From contig JAYWIR010000050.1 in assembly GCA_036172245.1 (NCBI GenBank), forward strand, positions 806,001 to 870,000: DNA of 64,000 bases, in the 5' to 3' direction. The position numbers were made by a program, and so were the translations under genes. This document shows positions 37,101 to 49,100 of the stretch, piece after piece. Within the stretch, counting starts at the first letter, position 1. Each line of letters starts with the position of its first letter. The notes beneath the pieces are model-generated. The model searched no databases. It saw only the letters and a program-made list of their open reading frames with translations, and was not told the origin of the DNA. This DNA comes from Raillietiella orientalis. Its lineage: Eukaryota.

Positions 37101-40100
37101 GCTCTCTTAACCAGGAATCGTGCGGACTCGCACCAGTTCGTGCTCCAACGCCTCGCCACTAAGGCAAGCGTCCTCCACTGGAGCTGCCGCTCCAGGCTCT
37201 CCAGTTTCAGTAGGCCGAGACCGCCGTCCCGACACGGAGCGCACAAGTTCTTCAGAAGTACTCGGGACCTTCCTGTATCCCACAGGGCGATTCTCAAGAG
37301 GTCCTTCGTCTGCCTCTTATTACTCCTCGGCTGGGGTCAAACATAAATCAGGGGGCGGAAGACCAGGGCCATAAACGTGTTCCATACCGCGGCTTGGCGT
37401 TTCCTCCCGCCAGCCCATGACAAGGGGTCGAAGAACGCAGCAGGTCGTAGGCGAACGCTCTGGGGAGGTCTCGACGCTCTGGTTCCTCTTGCTCTGGCCG
37501 GATGCGCGCAGGGACTCAGGGAGGGAGCCTCCGCGTGCCAGCAGAAGAAGGCATGGCTTTGGGTGGATTATTAGGGCTCGGAGTACTGCCAGAAGGGCGC
37601 GGCATCTTCCGGAGACGCTGGACAAGTACGATCTGCCGTTCTTTTTCCCCCGGGACAGGAACGGTGCCCTCGCATGACGGAGTCCGGTTCTGCTTGCGGA
37701 GAGGAGGCCAAGTTCGGTGGGTGGGACATCCCACAATTGGGAAAGAGTTTGGCTGCTGGTCAGGCGTCCCTGAGGACCGTGCATCAGAGACATCAGTTGC
37801 TCGTGATTCACGGAATATGCGGTCTGGAAAATCCCTTTCGCCTCGTTGCTCCGAAACAACAACAAAACAGTGGGAGTTGAATGCATTTCTTCTAAGTTGC
37901 TCTTTTTTCCCCACTCAGAAATCAACTGCAACAATCCAGGAACTCTTTACAACGGCTGGATTAATGGATCCAAAACGACCCTCAGCGCAGTGATCAGTTT
38001 CCACTGCTTGGACAACATGAAGTTCGTCGGTCCGTCCATGACTGCGACTTGTCAGCTGAACGAAACGTGGTCCCATCCACTGCCTAAGTGCTACGGTAAA
38101 GAGAAATCTTCCCATTTCAGCGACCTTCCTGGCTCTGTTCGGCCGCCTCCGACATGCGGCTCTCCGCCCTCTCCCCTCTTGGCTGAATCCTCGATCGGTA
38201 AAGGAAAGCACGCGCTGCATCCGCGTGCGACCCTGGGCGAAGCTGCACGGGGGATCTCTGGAAACCCATCCCCTCTCCGCCCTTCTGGGTGCGAGGAAAC
38301 CCTCGGCCAAGTTTCGACAAAGGGCCGGTCCCATAACGAAGGCGACTTTCGCCCTTCCGGTCTCCGAATGTCCTGAGTGACCTTGGCGATCCAGTCGCGA
38401 TGGATGAATTCCTCTGGCTGCAGGGGAACGCAAGAATTGGTTTTTCAGCAACGGGAAAAGTAAACGACCGTGCATGTCCTCATATCGTTCGACTCTTTCC
38501 TTTTGAATTTCCATGCGAAACTTTGGGATGGCACATTTCTTGTGTCATCTTTCTGTGTCTTCTCTCTTTTATTTTTTTTTTTGAATTCACCGTCAGCCTT
38601 GCGTGCCTTTCGCTCTCCCATGTCCTTCGTTCTCTTTGGGCATCGGATCCTGTCTCCATCTGATTTGATAGTTCGACGTTAACAGCTCTGAAGGATGCTG
38701 CTCTTTTAGCAGACTCATCGTCGGCTGTTGCGAAGATTCGCGTGCTTCTTCAGCACCGAGATATTCTTGCCGTCAGTGTCCAAACGGTGTTCAGCAAGGG
38801 AGAGTTCTTTCCCGTTTTCCTGCCTCCGAGAAAATTTCAAAGATCGTCCACATGGCCCTGGCATCTGAGTGTCCGTTAGGTTTTCGCAGCATCTCATCCG
38901 GGAGCAATTAAGACCCTCCGAGCGCCGCTGCCTCATATAAATCTCGAGGGCTGATCAAAGACTCCTCTCTCGGAGCGCAGTTGCCCTCCATAGTAATGCC
39001 GAAGGATGAGTTGAACATTGAAGCGCGTTGGTTCTACGGAACAGAACTGGACGTTTCCATGGAAACGCCGGGCATTCCGTTCCAGCCCGCCGCCGAACGA
39101 CCATCCAGAAGGCTTGGACCGTCTTGCAAACTCGCTTGCCAGCCCCGACCGCTTTTCCTCGCATCCTTACTTGCAGCTGAGCGACGGCCAGCCTTTGATC
39201 CCGCCGAGGGAGAGGGAATGCAATTTCGTTTGTAACACCTCTCCTCGAGGGACTCTGACCACAGCGACCTCTGCGCGCGAGGCTGCGCCTGCTGCATCGC
39301 TCTGAATTCTTAACCCATGGGCAGGTCCAAACCAACTGTGAACACGGTCAGTTTCGACCTGCTCGCGTGGGCGGTCATGTGGCTGCGGCCTCCGCGCACG
39401 GCACCGAGCGTCGCGGGTTCGAATCCTGCCCGGGGAAGGCCCGACGTCGAGGACGTGAGGTGGGCCGTGGGTTTCGGGTCCACCCCGCAGGACGACGCTG
39501 GCTGAGCCACAGGGTTCAGGTGCGGCACCGGTGGAAGCCGGAGACTCACGGTTGTCCCCGCTGACAGGCCTCCGGGATTGGGAGTCGACCCACTGGGATC
39601 CTTCCAGGACATCAAGGCACCCTTCAGGAAAGGGAGCCATTCTCCCCCCACAGGGGACCCTCCATCGCATACCATGGAACTGGTTGATACCCCTCATACC
39701 TCCGGTAGCAACCGCTTCTCATCACTCTGGAGAGGCAACCCCCCTAGAAAGGCTGCCTCTCCTGAGTACAAGAGGCGCGCTACTCTCCTGATGGAGCACC
39801 ATCCAGAGAAATCTAGAAGCGTCCCTTTGGGGTTCTCTTTCGAGGGTTAAACAAGGAACAGATCCTTTTCGGTGGGTCCCTGCGAAGAAGAATTTCAAAA
39901 GAGGATCATTTCCGGATTCCCATTGGGGAAGAAATAAGCAGCAACCCTCTCCAGAGGGCCCTCCTGGAGAGACCAAGGAAGAGTTGATTCCCTCCCAAGC
40001 ATGAGAAGAATGGACCCTTCCCTCCGGAGTCTTCCTGGATCCGTAGGGTGGTAATTCTGGAGTTACCCCCTAACTTAAGGAGCTACTACTCGCCCCCTCA

Positions 40101-43100
40101 GGTGGCGTGGAAGAGCAGAGTCAAAGAGCTTCGTGAACCCTCCGTGAGGTGTCCAACAGTTCTTCAGCACATGGAGAAAAGAAAACCCGAAAAAGGGGGC
40201 GGAGGATCCTCCGCTCCGAGGGTGACCTCGACGGTCTGCTTGCCAAAATTTACCGAGCTTCTTCCCCGGGAATCACTCGGTGGCACAGGTCAACTTGCGG
40301 ACCTCTGGACAAGTCACTTTTTCTTGGACCATTGCGGGAATCGATGGGTTTTCATTCGACAGAACGCCACTTGGTCGAAGGGAACATGCGAAGACTCTGG
40401 AGAGACAGGAACGGCAGACTTGAGGAGCGGCGCTCATCCACGTCCCCGCGAATTCACTCCTCCGTTCTCCCGTCTTTCTTTCCGGGGAGCCGTACACGTG
40501 CGAGACCGCCTGGAAGCGGAGAAGCCGTGCTTTCAGGGACCTCGCAGGCTCACGTGTTCCCCGATGCGCTGGAAGGCGGGCGCTTCGTGTTCCGAGGGGC
40601 AGACGTCCGTGTGCAGCAGGCAAATCCGTGCTGATTTGGAACGGAAGTTTGGTTGAGAACTAGAGGAGCAACCTTCATACCACTGTGGTTGACGATCGCA
40701 GTCGCTGCATAGGGCAGCTCCCTACCGGGAGGACGACAGCCATCTCACCTCAGCATCCTCGTTCAAAAAGTAGCAGCAGCCACGGATCCACACGTAACGG
40801 ATGAAAGCGCCTGGTGGTTTGAGGGAAGATTTTTTCTGCAACGATTTCGACTTTGCAAGCAAAAAATTCGGAGCATCATTGCCATGCAAGGGATGAATCA
40901 TTTTCTGCTAGGCAACGGCTGCAAGAACTGCAAGAGCACTGTTGCGCGGGGAATTAAAATCACCGGATTCGATCCCGTAACTTCGTTGCCAATCCATGGT
41001 CATCACGCCCCGGTGACCATCCATGGAGTTTCGATTATTTACCGAAGGAACACGTGGGCCTTCGTGCTCGAGATCACCGTTGTGTCCCACAGTGTCCCAG
41101 TGATCACAGTGTCCCCCCTGTTGTGTGCACGCTGGGGTCCAACATGTGCTCAGGGGGCACGCGAAGCCGCGCAGCCTCTCGCTTGCGGATTCACCGTCGC
41201 GACCAACACCTGCCCCAGGGGGGTGTTCTCGAAGACGATGCTGCTTGCCGCAAAGAACACCTTCCACGCCGCTCGTTCCAAAGTCGCGACTCGCGAAACG
41301 CATGCGCGTCCTCTGCTGGGAGGGGGGTAGGGGAGGGGGGTCTCCTTCTTTGCGACGGGGTGCGTTTCAGCAAGGGTTCAACTCGGAATCCCGAAGGATC
41401 ATGGAAACTGAACGCACGTGCTCATTCTACATGGAAACTTGTTTTTATAAACCAGCCATATTTATGAACATCATTAACAGTAATATTATTTGAATGCATG
41501 TATTCATCAACATTTAGTAACACGCACTTTATTATATATATACATGCATATGCTACATATATGTTTTCATATATATATATATGTGTGTGTGTGCGTGCAT
41601 ATTTATACTCATGTATGTATGCATGCATATATTTATGTTCATATGTATATGTACATAATTCTATATGTGCGTATTTATATTCATATATGCAGGTATTCAT
41701 TATTGAAAAGATTTTAATATATGTATATATGATTGTTACATATAAGATTAATATGTGAATGTATATATATTCCTCTCTATTTCTATATATATCTTCATAC
41801 ACATATTTATATTCATATGTATATGTACATAATGACGTTCATATATGTATATGTGCATATTTTATCCATACCTACATATATATATATAAATGCACACATT
41901 TGTGTGCATGAATAAAACATGCACATATATATACATGAATACAAATATGCATAATGAATATAAATATATGCATATTTATGTTCATGTGTGTATTTATGTT
42001 CATGTGTGTATTTATTTGTGTACATTTTTATATTCTTGCATGTATGTCTATATTATCTACATACATTCATACATATAATAAGCATGTATATATATATTTT
42101 TTGTGATCTTTCGGTAGATATATATATGAATATAAATACGTACATGTATATAAATGAATGTAAGTAAATAAATATGTATATTAATATAACTACATGAATA
42201 TATATATATATATATAGGATTATAAATATGCACAAACCCACATATATATATCTCCATATGCACATGTCTATAAATGTGTGCATATTTATGTTCATGTATG
42301 TATTTATTTGTGTGCATTTTTTTCATATGTATATCTACATTCCAAACATCCTCTTACATGTAATAAGCATATGTGTTTATTTTTAATGGCCTTTCGGCAT
42401 TTTGATGGGCTCTGATGAGCAGCCATCCTTGTGGCCTCCGCCATCTTGACTTCGGGCACGGTCGCACCCCCCAAACCGTTCGGGACGGATCACGTGCTGC
42501 CGCCGTGTTCCGCTGGCGCGATGCGGACGGGCTGCGCTGGCGCCAGGACGCGCGCAACCGGCCCTTTTCTTGCAGCCCAGTGCATCGTGCCCCTGGTGCC
42601 TTTCGGGAAAGTGCAGGGTCACGTGATAGGCTCCCGCATACTCCACGAGCAAAGAATACACGTCGTCTGCAACCATTACTACGAGCTGTCCCACAACGCG
42701 ACCCCGGCCGTGTGCAACAACGGAACCTGGTCCTTCATACCCATCTGCAAACCAGGTAGGTTTTCGGGCCTGGGGCCCTGCCCGCTTCTCCAAGCGCCCG
42801 GACTGAGGCAGCAACGGTGTTTTCTTCCCGCAAGCTCGATGCAAGAGACCCCCGAACAAACCCAAGAACAGCCTTGTGCTCGTCCCGAACAGCAGCCATG
42901 GGATGAAAGCGAGGTTCCTGTGCAAGGATGGGTACGAGCTGAAGGGGTCAGAGACGGTGGAATGCCGTTATGGTCACTGGCACGGTGACATCCCTCTGTG
43001 CAAAGAAAGTAAGGTTCTGTGGAAGAATTTCAGCAGTCCGTGCGCGCGGCGGGGCTGCTGTGATCCTGGCGCGAAAAGCGGTCCGAGCGACGGGCACACG

Positions 43101-46100
43101 TTTCGTTGGGGATCCTTGGGGTGCTCCTAGGCGTCGCCGCGATGCTCTCTGGCGCGGGCCCTTCGCCAAATTCCCACTCGGTTTACGAATGCCATGCCGC
43201 CCGGAGTGCACGTTGGAGCTCTGCTGCTGCTGATGATGATGGCCCGCCCCTCCTTCCAGGGAGACCTGGTTGCGCAGGCCAGAGTTCGGGCTTTCGCTGT
43301 GTGCCCGTCCGTCACCTCACCCAAGGGGAAAGGAGGGTTCGGGCCTTCACCATCTTCTCTTCACTGCCCTACTCTTTTCTGCAGTTCTCCTCCATTGCTG
43401 GGGAAGCAACGTTGCCCAACGAGAACGCATCGCCTCTCCCGGGGGCTCGCCTTCCAGGCTTCCCAGGAGCACGACCCCGCCTCACAAGTCACTTTGGAAT
43501 CGAAGCATCTCCTTCGCACTCTGAGCCTTCGATTCTCGACCTTTTGGCTGAGATCAATTCCAAACCTTCAACTTTCTTGTACCCCGGCATCTCGAAAATG
43601 CACGTTGCTGGAGGATATCAGCAATTAGCCATGGTGGGAGTCAGTTGGCAGTTCCAAGACAAGCTGACAATGGCGAAGAAAGCATTCCACGCGACGAAAA
43701 CATTTCCTGTGGCTGTGGGGTATGATCGTGTCACGGACGGTACTCTTTCATCATGACTCGGAGTGGAACAACCCGTCAGCGGGCGCGAGCTGGCGCGAAG
43801 GAGAAAGTTTTTTTTTCCCCCGATCGGAAGAAGCGGAAGAATACGCTTTCAGAGCTCAAGGAGTCTTCGAACCTAGACGATAGTGAGTTACTTCTCGAAC
43901 ACTGCATTAAGATTCCATGCAGTTGTTCACTGCCTCCAGGTGTACACGGATGACCAGTCGAAAGGGCAGTTTCCAGCAAATACATCTCTTCTGTACAGCG
44001 CTTTCACACCTGCGATCTCCGGACGACTGATTAACGTCCAGAGACGTCCAAATATCAAGTCCGAATGCAGATCAGCTTTACTGCTTATGTTTTTTTCTCT
44101 CCTTTTTTTTTCCTTAGAAAAAACTGAGATGGAGAAACATGAGCATAAGCGCGAGTCTCGTCACCTCTGCGGTGTCCGTTCGCTCCCTGGCTGCGTTCTC
44201 CGGAGCTCCGCGAGAAGGAGCCGTCTCTGCGCCTGCGCGATCGCGCTGTGCGCGGATGCGTGACCCTCAGGCGGGCGGAACGCGTGTCGGCGCCACCGCC
44301 CTCGCAGGAGCGGACCGTCGCGCGTTCATCTCGGTCGGCGTTCCCAGGGCGACCGCCGACCGAGACGAACGCGCCCGGAACACCGCGATCCGCTCCGGAA
44401 AGCGAGCCCTTCAACAGTGCCCTCGGCGCTTCTTCGCAGACTCGGTCAGCGTAGAGGGGCCACGCGTCGCTCCCCTCCCCGCGCACTGGATACGGGGCCT
44501 CTCGGTTTTCGAACTGAGAGCTGGTGCGGAGCTTCTGACCATTTCGATCGTGCGGTCCTGCCCCTCTCTCGCCCTATGAGACGCGACCGCCTTAGGCTGC
44601 GGGCGTGGGGCTGGAAAGCAGCAAAAACAACCGAGATCCCATCATTCGAGCACCTCTCATCTCTCTCCTTCTCTTTCTTCTTTCGTTTTCTTTCGAAAAA
44701 AGGCCAGTAAAATTTCATTCACCGTCCACCGAATACAATTCTCTAGTCTGGTCATCATCTGTGAACGCCTGAAGCAACATATTTGTGAATCCTTCTCTGG
44801 ATCGAACTTTGGCTCATGTTAGGACGACTGTGTGAGGTCACATTTGTGACTTAACAGAGGAAAGGGCATCTTTGTTCACACTTGTGATTTGGAAAGTATG
44901 TTAACGGGAGGTGCAGTTCAGGGACCTCCGCCGCAATCCATGCGTCCTCCTCGTCCCTCCCTCCGGTGATGCTGCGGTCATTAAAGATAGCTTTGACTTT
45001 GCATCCTTTTCTTGCAAACCTCTCGGGAATCCGCATTCTATTTGGTCCTCACTGAGTCGATTTTCGTCCGCACTCCGGAGGTCTTTGCAGCTGCTGTTAG
45101 TGTGTTCCCACCCCCTGATCCCCCTCTCCTTTCAATCGATCGGCATCCATCCCTGTGGTGTGAAGTGATCTGTCTTTGATCATCCTTTCCTCGTTTGTCA
45201 TCTAACTCCGGTCTCCTCGGCATAGAATTGGGTAAGATTGGAGCCTTAGCAACGACAGGTTCTGTCCACGGGGGCGAACCAAGAGAAAGAATTGCTTCCC
45301 TCCAGTTTTTCTTCCTCTTCCTCCCTGCCCGTTTGTATGCTCCGTCTCTGCATGGACAGTAGACAGTGCTTTTGGATTCACCAGATTGTGCAGCATGAAT
45401 CGCATCCACCCGGTCCTCGACTCATGGAAGGACTAGACGGGTTCCAAACTTTCGACAACCTGGATCTGGAAAGAAGCGTCCGCACAATGCTGCAGAGGTA
45501 CAGGAGCGATATGAAAGATCTGCGGAGATGATCGGCTCTTCAGCTTCCGTGGTCCAGGCGTTTGCAGAAAGTTCGCTCCAGGTTGCCGGCGCATCCAAGA
45601 AAGCCACTCCGAGCGTGGGCTGTTTGTCCCCTTCGAGGGCAACCCGCGGCTTTGGGGAGAAAGTTCCAGTCCGTCACTTTGTTACCTCTGCTTCCTTTCA
45701 CAACAGCGAATTTACGAGGATCTCTTATTTTCTCGAGAGGCATGTTCCAGAGGCACTGTCTGGACCACCTTCTGCTCCCCCGCCGAACTGCGCTGATCTG
45801 GACGGAGGCCGCTCCGAGGAAGACAATCACGTGTGTCCGCGCGCCGCCGTGACCCTGGCATTGTGCGATCCGTGCCGCGTGTACCGCTCCTGGACGTTGG
45901 GGAAGGAATTCTCGAAATGAGTTTGTCGTTCACACTGGTTTGAACTTTCGGCAGAGGTGCAAGCCGTGGACGCAGATAAGGGCATTCACTTTCTAACCCG
46001 ATCCATTTCCCACTGCAGAGGATCATTTTTTCTTCGTGCTTCCAAGTTTCACCCTTTTTTTGGCACTTTTCGATGGCGAAGCTTGCACGAACATAGGAGG

Positions 46101-49100
46101 ACACGCACAGGCATCAAAGAAAGAGCGGAGCACGCGAAGACAGAGCAACACACACGGATGTGCGCAGGAAGAGCGTGTGGAGGGTGGAAGCAGCTTACCC
46201 GTGTCGCTCCACTTTTGCGCGATGGAGCTGGGACGCACCTGCACGACTTCATCCGTCCCTGGAAGTCCTTGCTCTCAGGGGTTCTCGCCCACGTTCCCGT
46301 CTCTCTCCTGCCCGCTAACAGGAGGGCCACGGTACACCCTGCCCGTTCCGGATGAGCCGCCCCCGAGGCGCGCGCCCGTTGCTGCTTCTCCCGGGAACGC
46401 CCTTGTTGAGTTTGGAGACAGTCCTTGAGGACATCGCGATCCGTGGAAGGAGGGAGGGGAGGAATCGTAGACGGCGCCGAGCATTCTGCACCCCGCATCT
46501 CTGCCGCGTTAAAGAGACCACTAGCTGGCTAACACGGGGCAGCGCAGGTAGCATGCCTCATCCTTTAGAGTCGCCGAGGATTGCGACTCTACGCGGAGGT
46601 GGAGGCCGATCCACGTTCCATGCCCCACGGTTGCATCCTGCCGAAATGTGTCGATCCGACAGGACGTAGTGGCGGCAATTAGGCGCCAGACTCTCCTTCT
46701 GATCTTTCCTCCGGCGGATCAGGAGTCTAAGAGAAGGAAGAATGGAGGAAGATGAAGATGAGAGAATTTTCTCTCTATTAGTCGGATTGACGTCATCAGT
46801 ACGATTGACATCAGTTCCTCATGGCGTGAATGGAGCCACTCAGTCTTACTCGCTTTGCCCGCTTTTCCTCTGGTACGAAGAGGCAACGCATGGAGGAAGG
46901 CTCCTCCGGCGGTCTCCTGCAGCCGCAGGGCAGCGGAGCATTTTGATGCGCACGACCTCGGTGGTACCTAGAGACAAGAAGAGATGGAACTCTGCAGCAG
47001 ATACCGCTCCATCTCCCGCTGCAGCAGATCCTGCCGTAGGCCACGGAAACACTCGTATGCGGGGCCAGGAGGCGCTCATAGAGAAAGACTCTCCTGGATG
47101 ATGGGTTCCTTGCTGCTTGCCACGAGTAGTCTGTGGACGGGAGGGCACCGAAAGGGAAAGAGGTGAAAAGGAGCCACTTCTAGGCCCGGGAGGACTACCT
47201 GATGCCCAAGTGGCACCTTCCGGCGCGAACTGTAACCATGGCCGACTCTCAAGATCTGGAGCGGTCCATTTGCTGCCGTCAACTGCGTATCTTCTCCTGC
47301 CGAAAGGTTGCCACCTCTGGACGCCGCGCTCCTCACTTGCCGTCGCTCAGAGACCGCAAGGGGCCTGGACTCTGCGCCCTGGAGGGCTTCAGGGTCGCAC
47401 GGAAACTGTAGTTCCAGAAGTCTCGGGTCTCAGAGAAGCTTCGAGACCCCGGGGGATGATCTGCAGAGTCGAAGGGCCGTTGTCGTGTCTGCCAGGGTTG
47501 GCAGGAGTGCGACTCGGGCAAGCTTGGATGTTAAGGGCAAGGAGGGTGGATTGCAATGATGGCGGCGCCTTCTCGGTGCTCAGTAGGGGAAGGAGTCCCC
47601 CTGAAAGTCGCGGAAGAGCTAGTCGGCGGGTCGTTCGGTCCCCCGAGGGGTCCGGGAGTGTCCGCTCGGGTCCCCGGCGTGCTGCTGAGGAAGTAGCTGC
47701 CTTCTCCGGACTTCTTCCTCGCAGGCTTTCTGGTCGACCTCCCTGCCGAGGACCGAAGGTGCTGAAGAAGCGCTGAGGACCGCGCCTCCTTGAAGGACGC
47801 CCAAGGGTTGACTCACGAGCGCTTCCCCCCCTGGAAAGGGTCACCCGATCTACTCCCTCGCAGCGCCGGCGGATTTCCGCCCTTTCCACCTTCCTTGGCT
47901 CGCCAGCCTTGCAGAGCCTGCAAGTCAAGGAAGGTAGAAGGGAAGGAGGTGGCTTGGAGGGAAAGGGACGTGAGGGTTGTTCCCTGACCTTCTCTCCTCT
48001 CTGTGGATGCCGCCGCGGCACTTCCGTCTCGAAGTCGCCGCAGCGAGGCAGACAAGGGCGAGAGAGGCGTGACTCTCCGTGGCCACTGGCACTGCAGCGC
48101 TCTCTTTCCAGAGTACTGTCCCTTCCCCGGGCTCATCCGGAACGGGAAGATCCTGCTAGTGGGCTACATGGGCCACTACGAGTACCGGCCGTACGTGCGG
48201 AGGATCAGCAACAACCGGCAGATCATCTACGAGTGCAGCAAGGGGTACGCCATCTCGCGGCCCAGCCCCACAGGGGCCACCTGCTTCCACGGACGGTGGA
48301 TGCCCCCAGAGAAGCCAGAGTGAGAAGGCGGTCCCTCCTGCGCCTCATGGGCACATCGCCGATCCCACCTTGTCCCTCCCCAGGTGCGTCCCGTCCCACC
48401 ACCCGAGAGCCGCGAGATCCGCCCGCTTCCCAGCGGCGGAGCGACGAGACGCCGAGAAGGAAGGAGGTAGGCAAGGGTGGGGATTCCGGGGTGGAGGGGC
48501 CACCTCCAAGGACGCCTAATGGGACGCAGATGCTCCTTCCGTTGGGAGGGAGGAGGGAAGCACCGTAAAGGGACCCCGGGGAAAGATGACAAGGCGTTTC
48601 CATTTGTGAGGATCCCCTTGGGTCTCTCTGGACCCCCTTCCTTTTCCGCCTGCAAGTCCCAGGGTGCTTCGGCTAGGGACGCGCAGCTGACCTCTCTCGT
48701 TCTATTTTTAGCACCCACGCCGGGGCCGGAGGCGGCCAAGGACGCGATCCAGGAGGTTAAAAATAAAAGGGCTCTGGGGTCTGCGGCAGCCGGGAGTCTC
48801 CCTCTGGGCTCCTGGGAGGGCGGGATCCGGCCGGGATCGTTGCCGCTCTAGAGCCTTGCATCTGCGGGAGAGGAAGGCCGGGTCAGGTCCTCTCCCCTCG
48901 AGGGAGGGGAGATCGACGAAGGCGCTCCTCCTTCGCTCGGCAACCGGCGCACCCCGCGAACCGAAGGAACAGCAATCGTCTACCCTCTGCATGTCCCGCG
49001 ATCGTCTTCCTCACCCCGGACCCTTGCTGCCTCTCCTGTCGTTCCTCCTTAGGATCGTGCCTCGACGGACCAGAAGACGAGAATGCCGTGGCAAGGGTTC

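Noticed and set aside
41422..42326. Tyr/Ile/His/Met-rich ORFs
   Set aside because: Translations of TA/TATG microsatellite.
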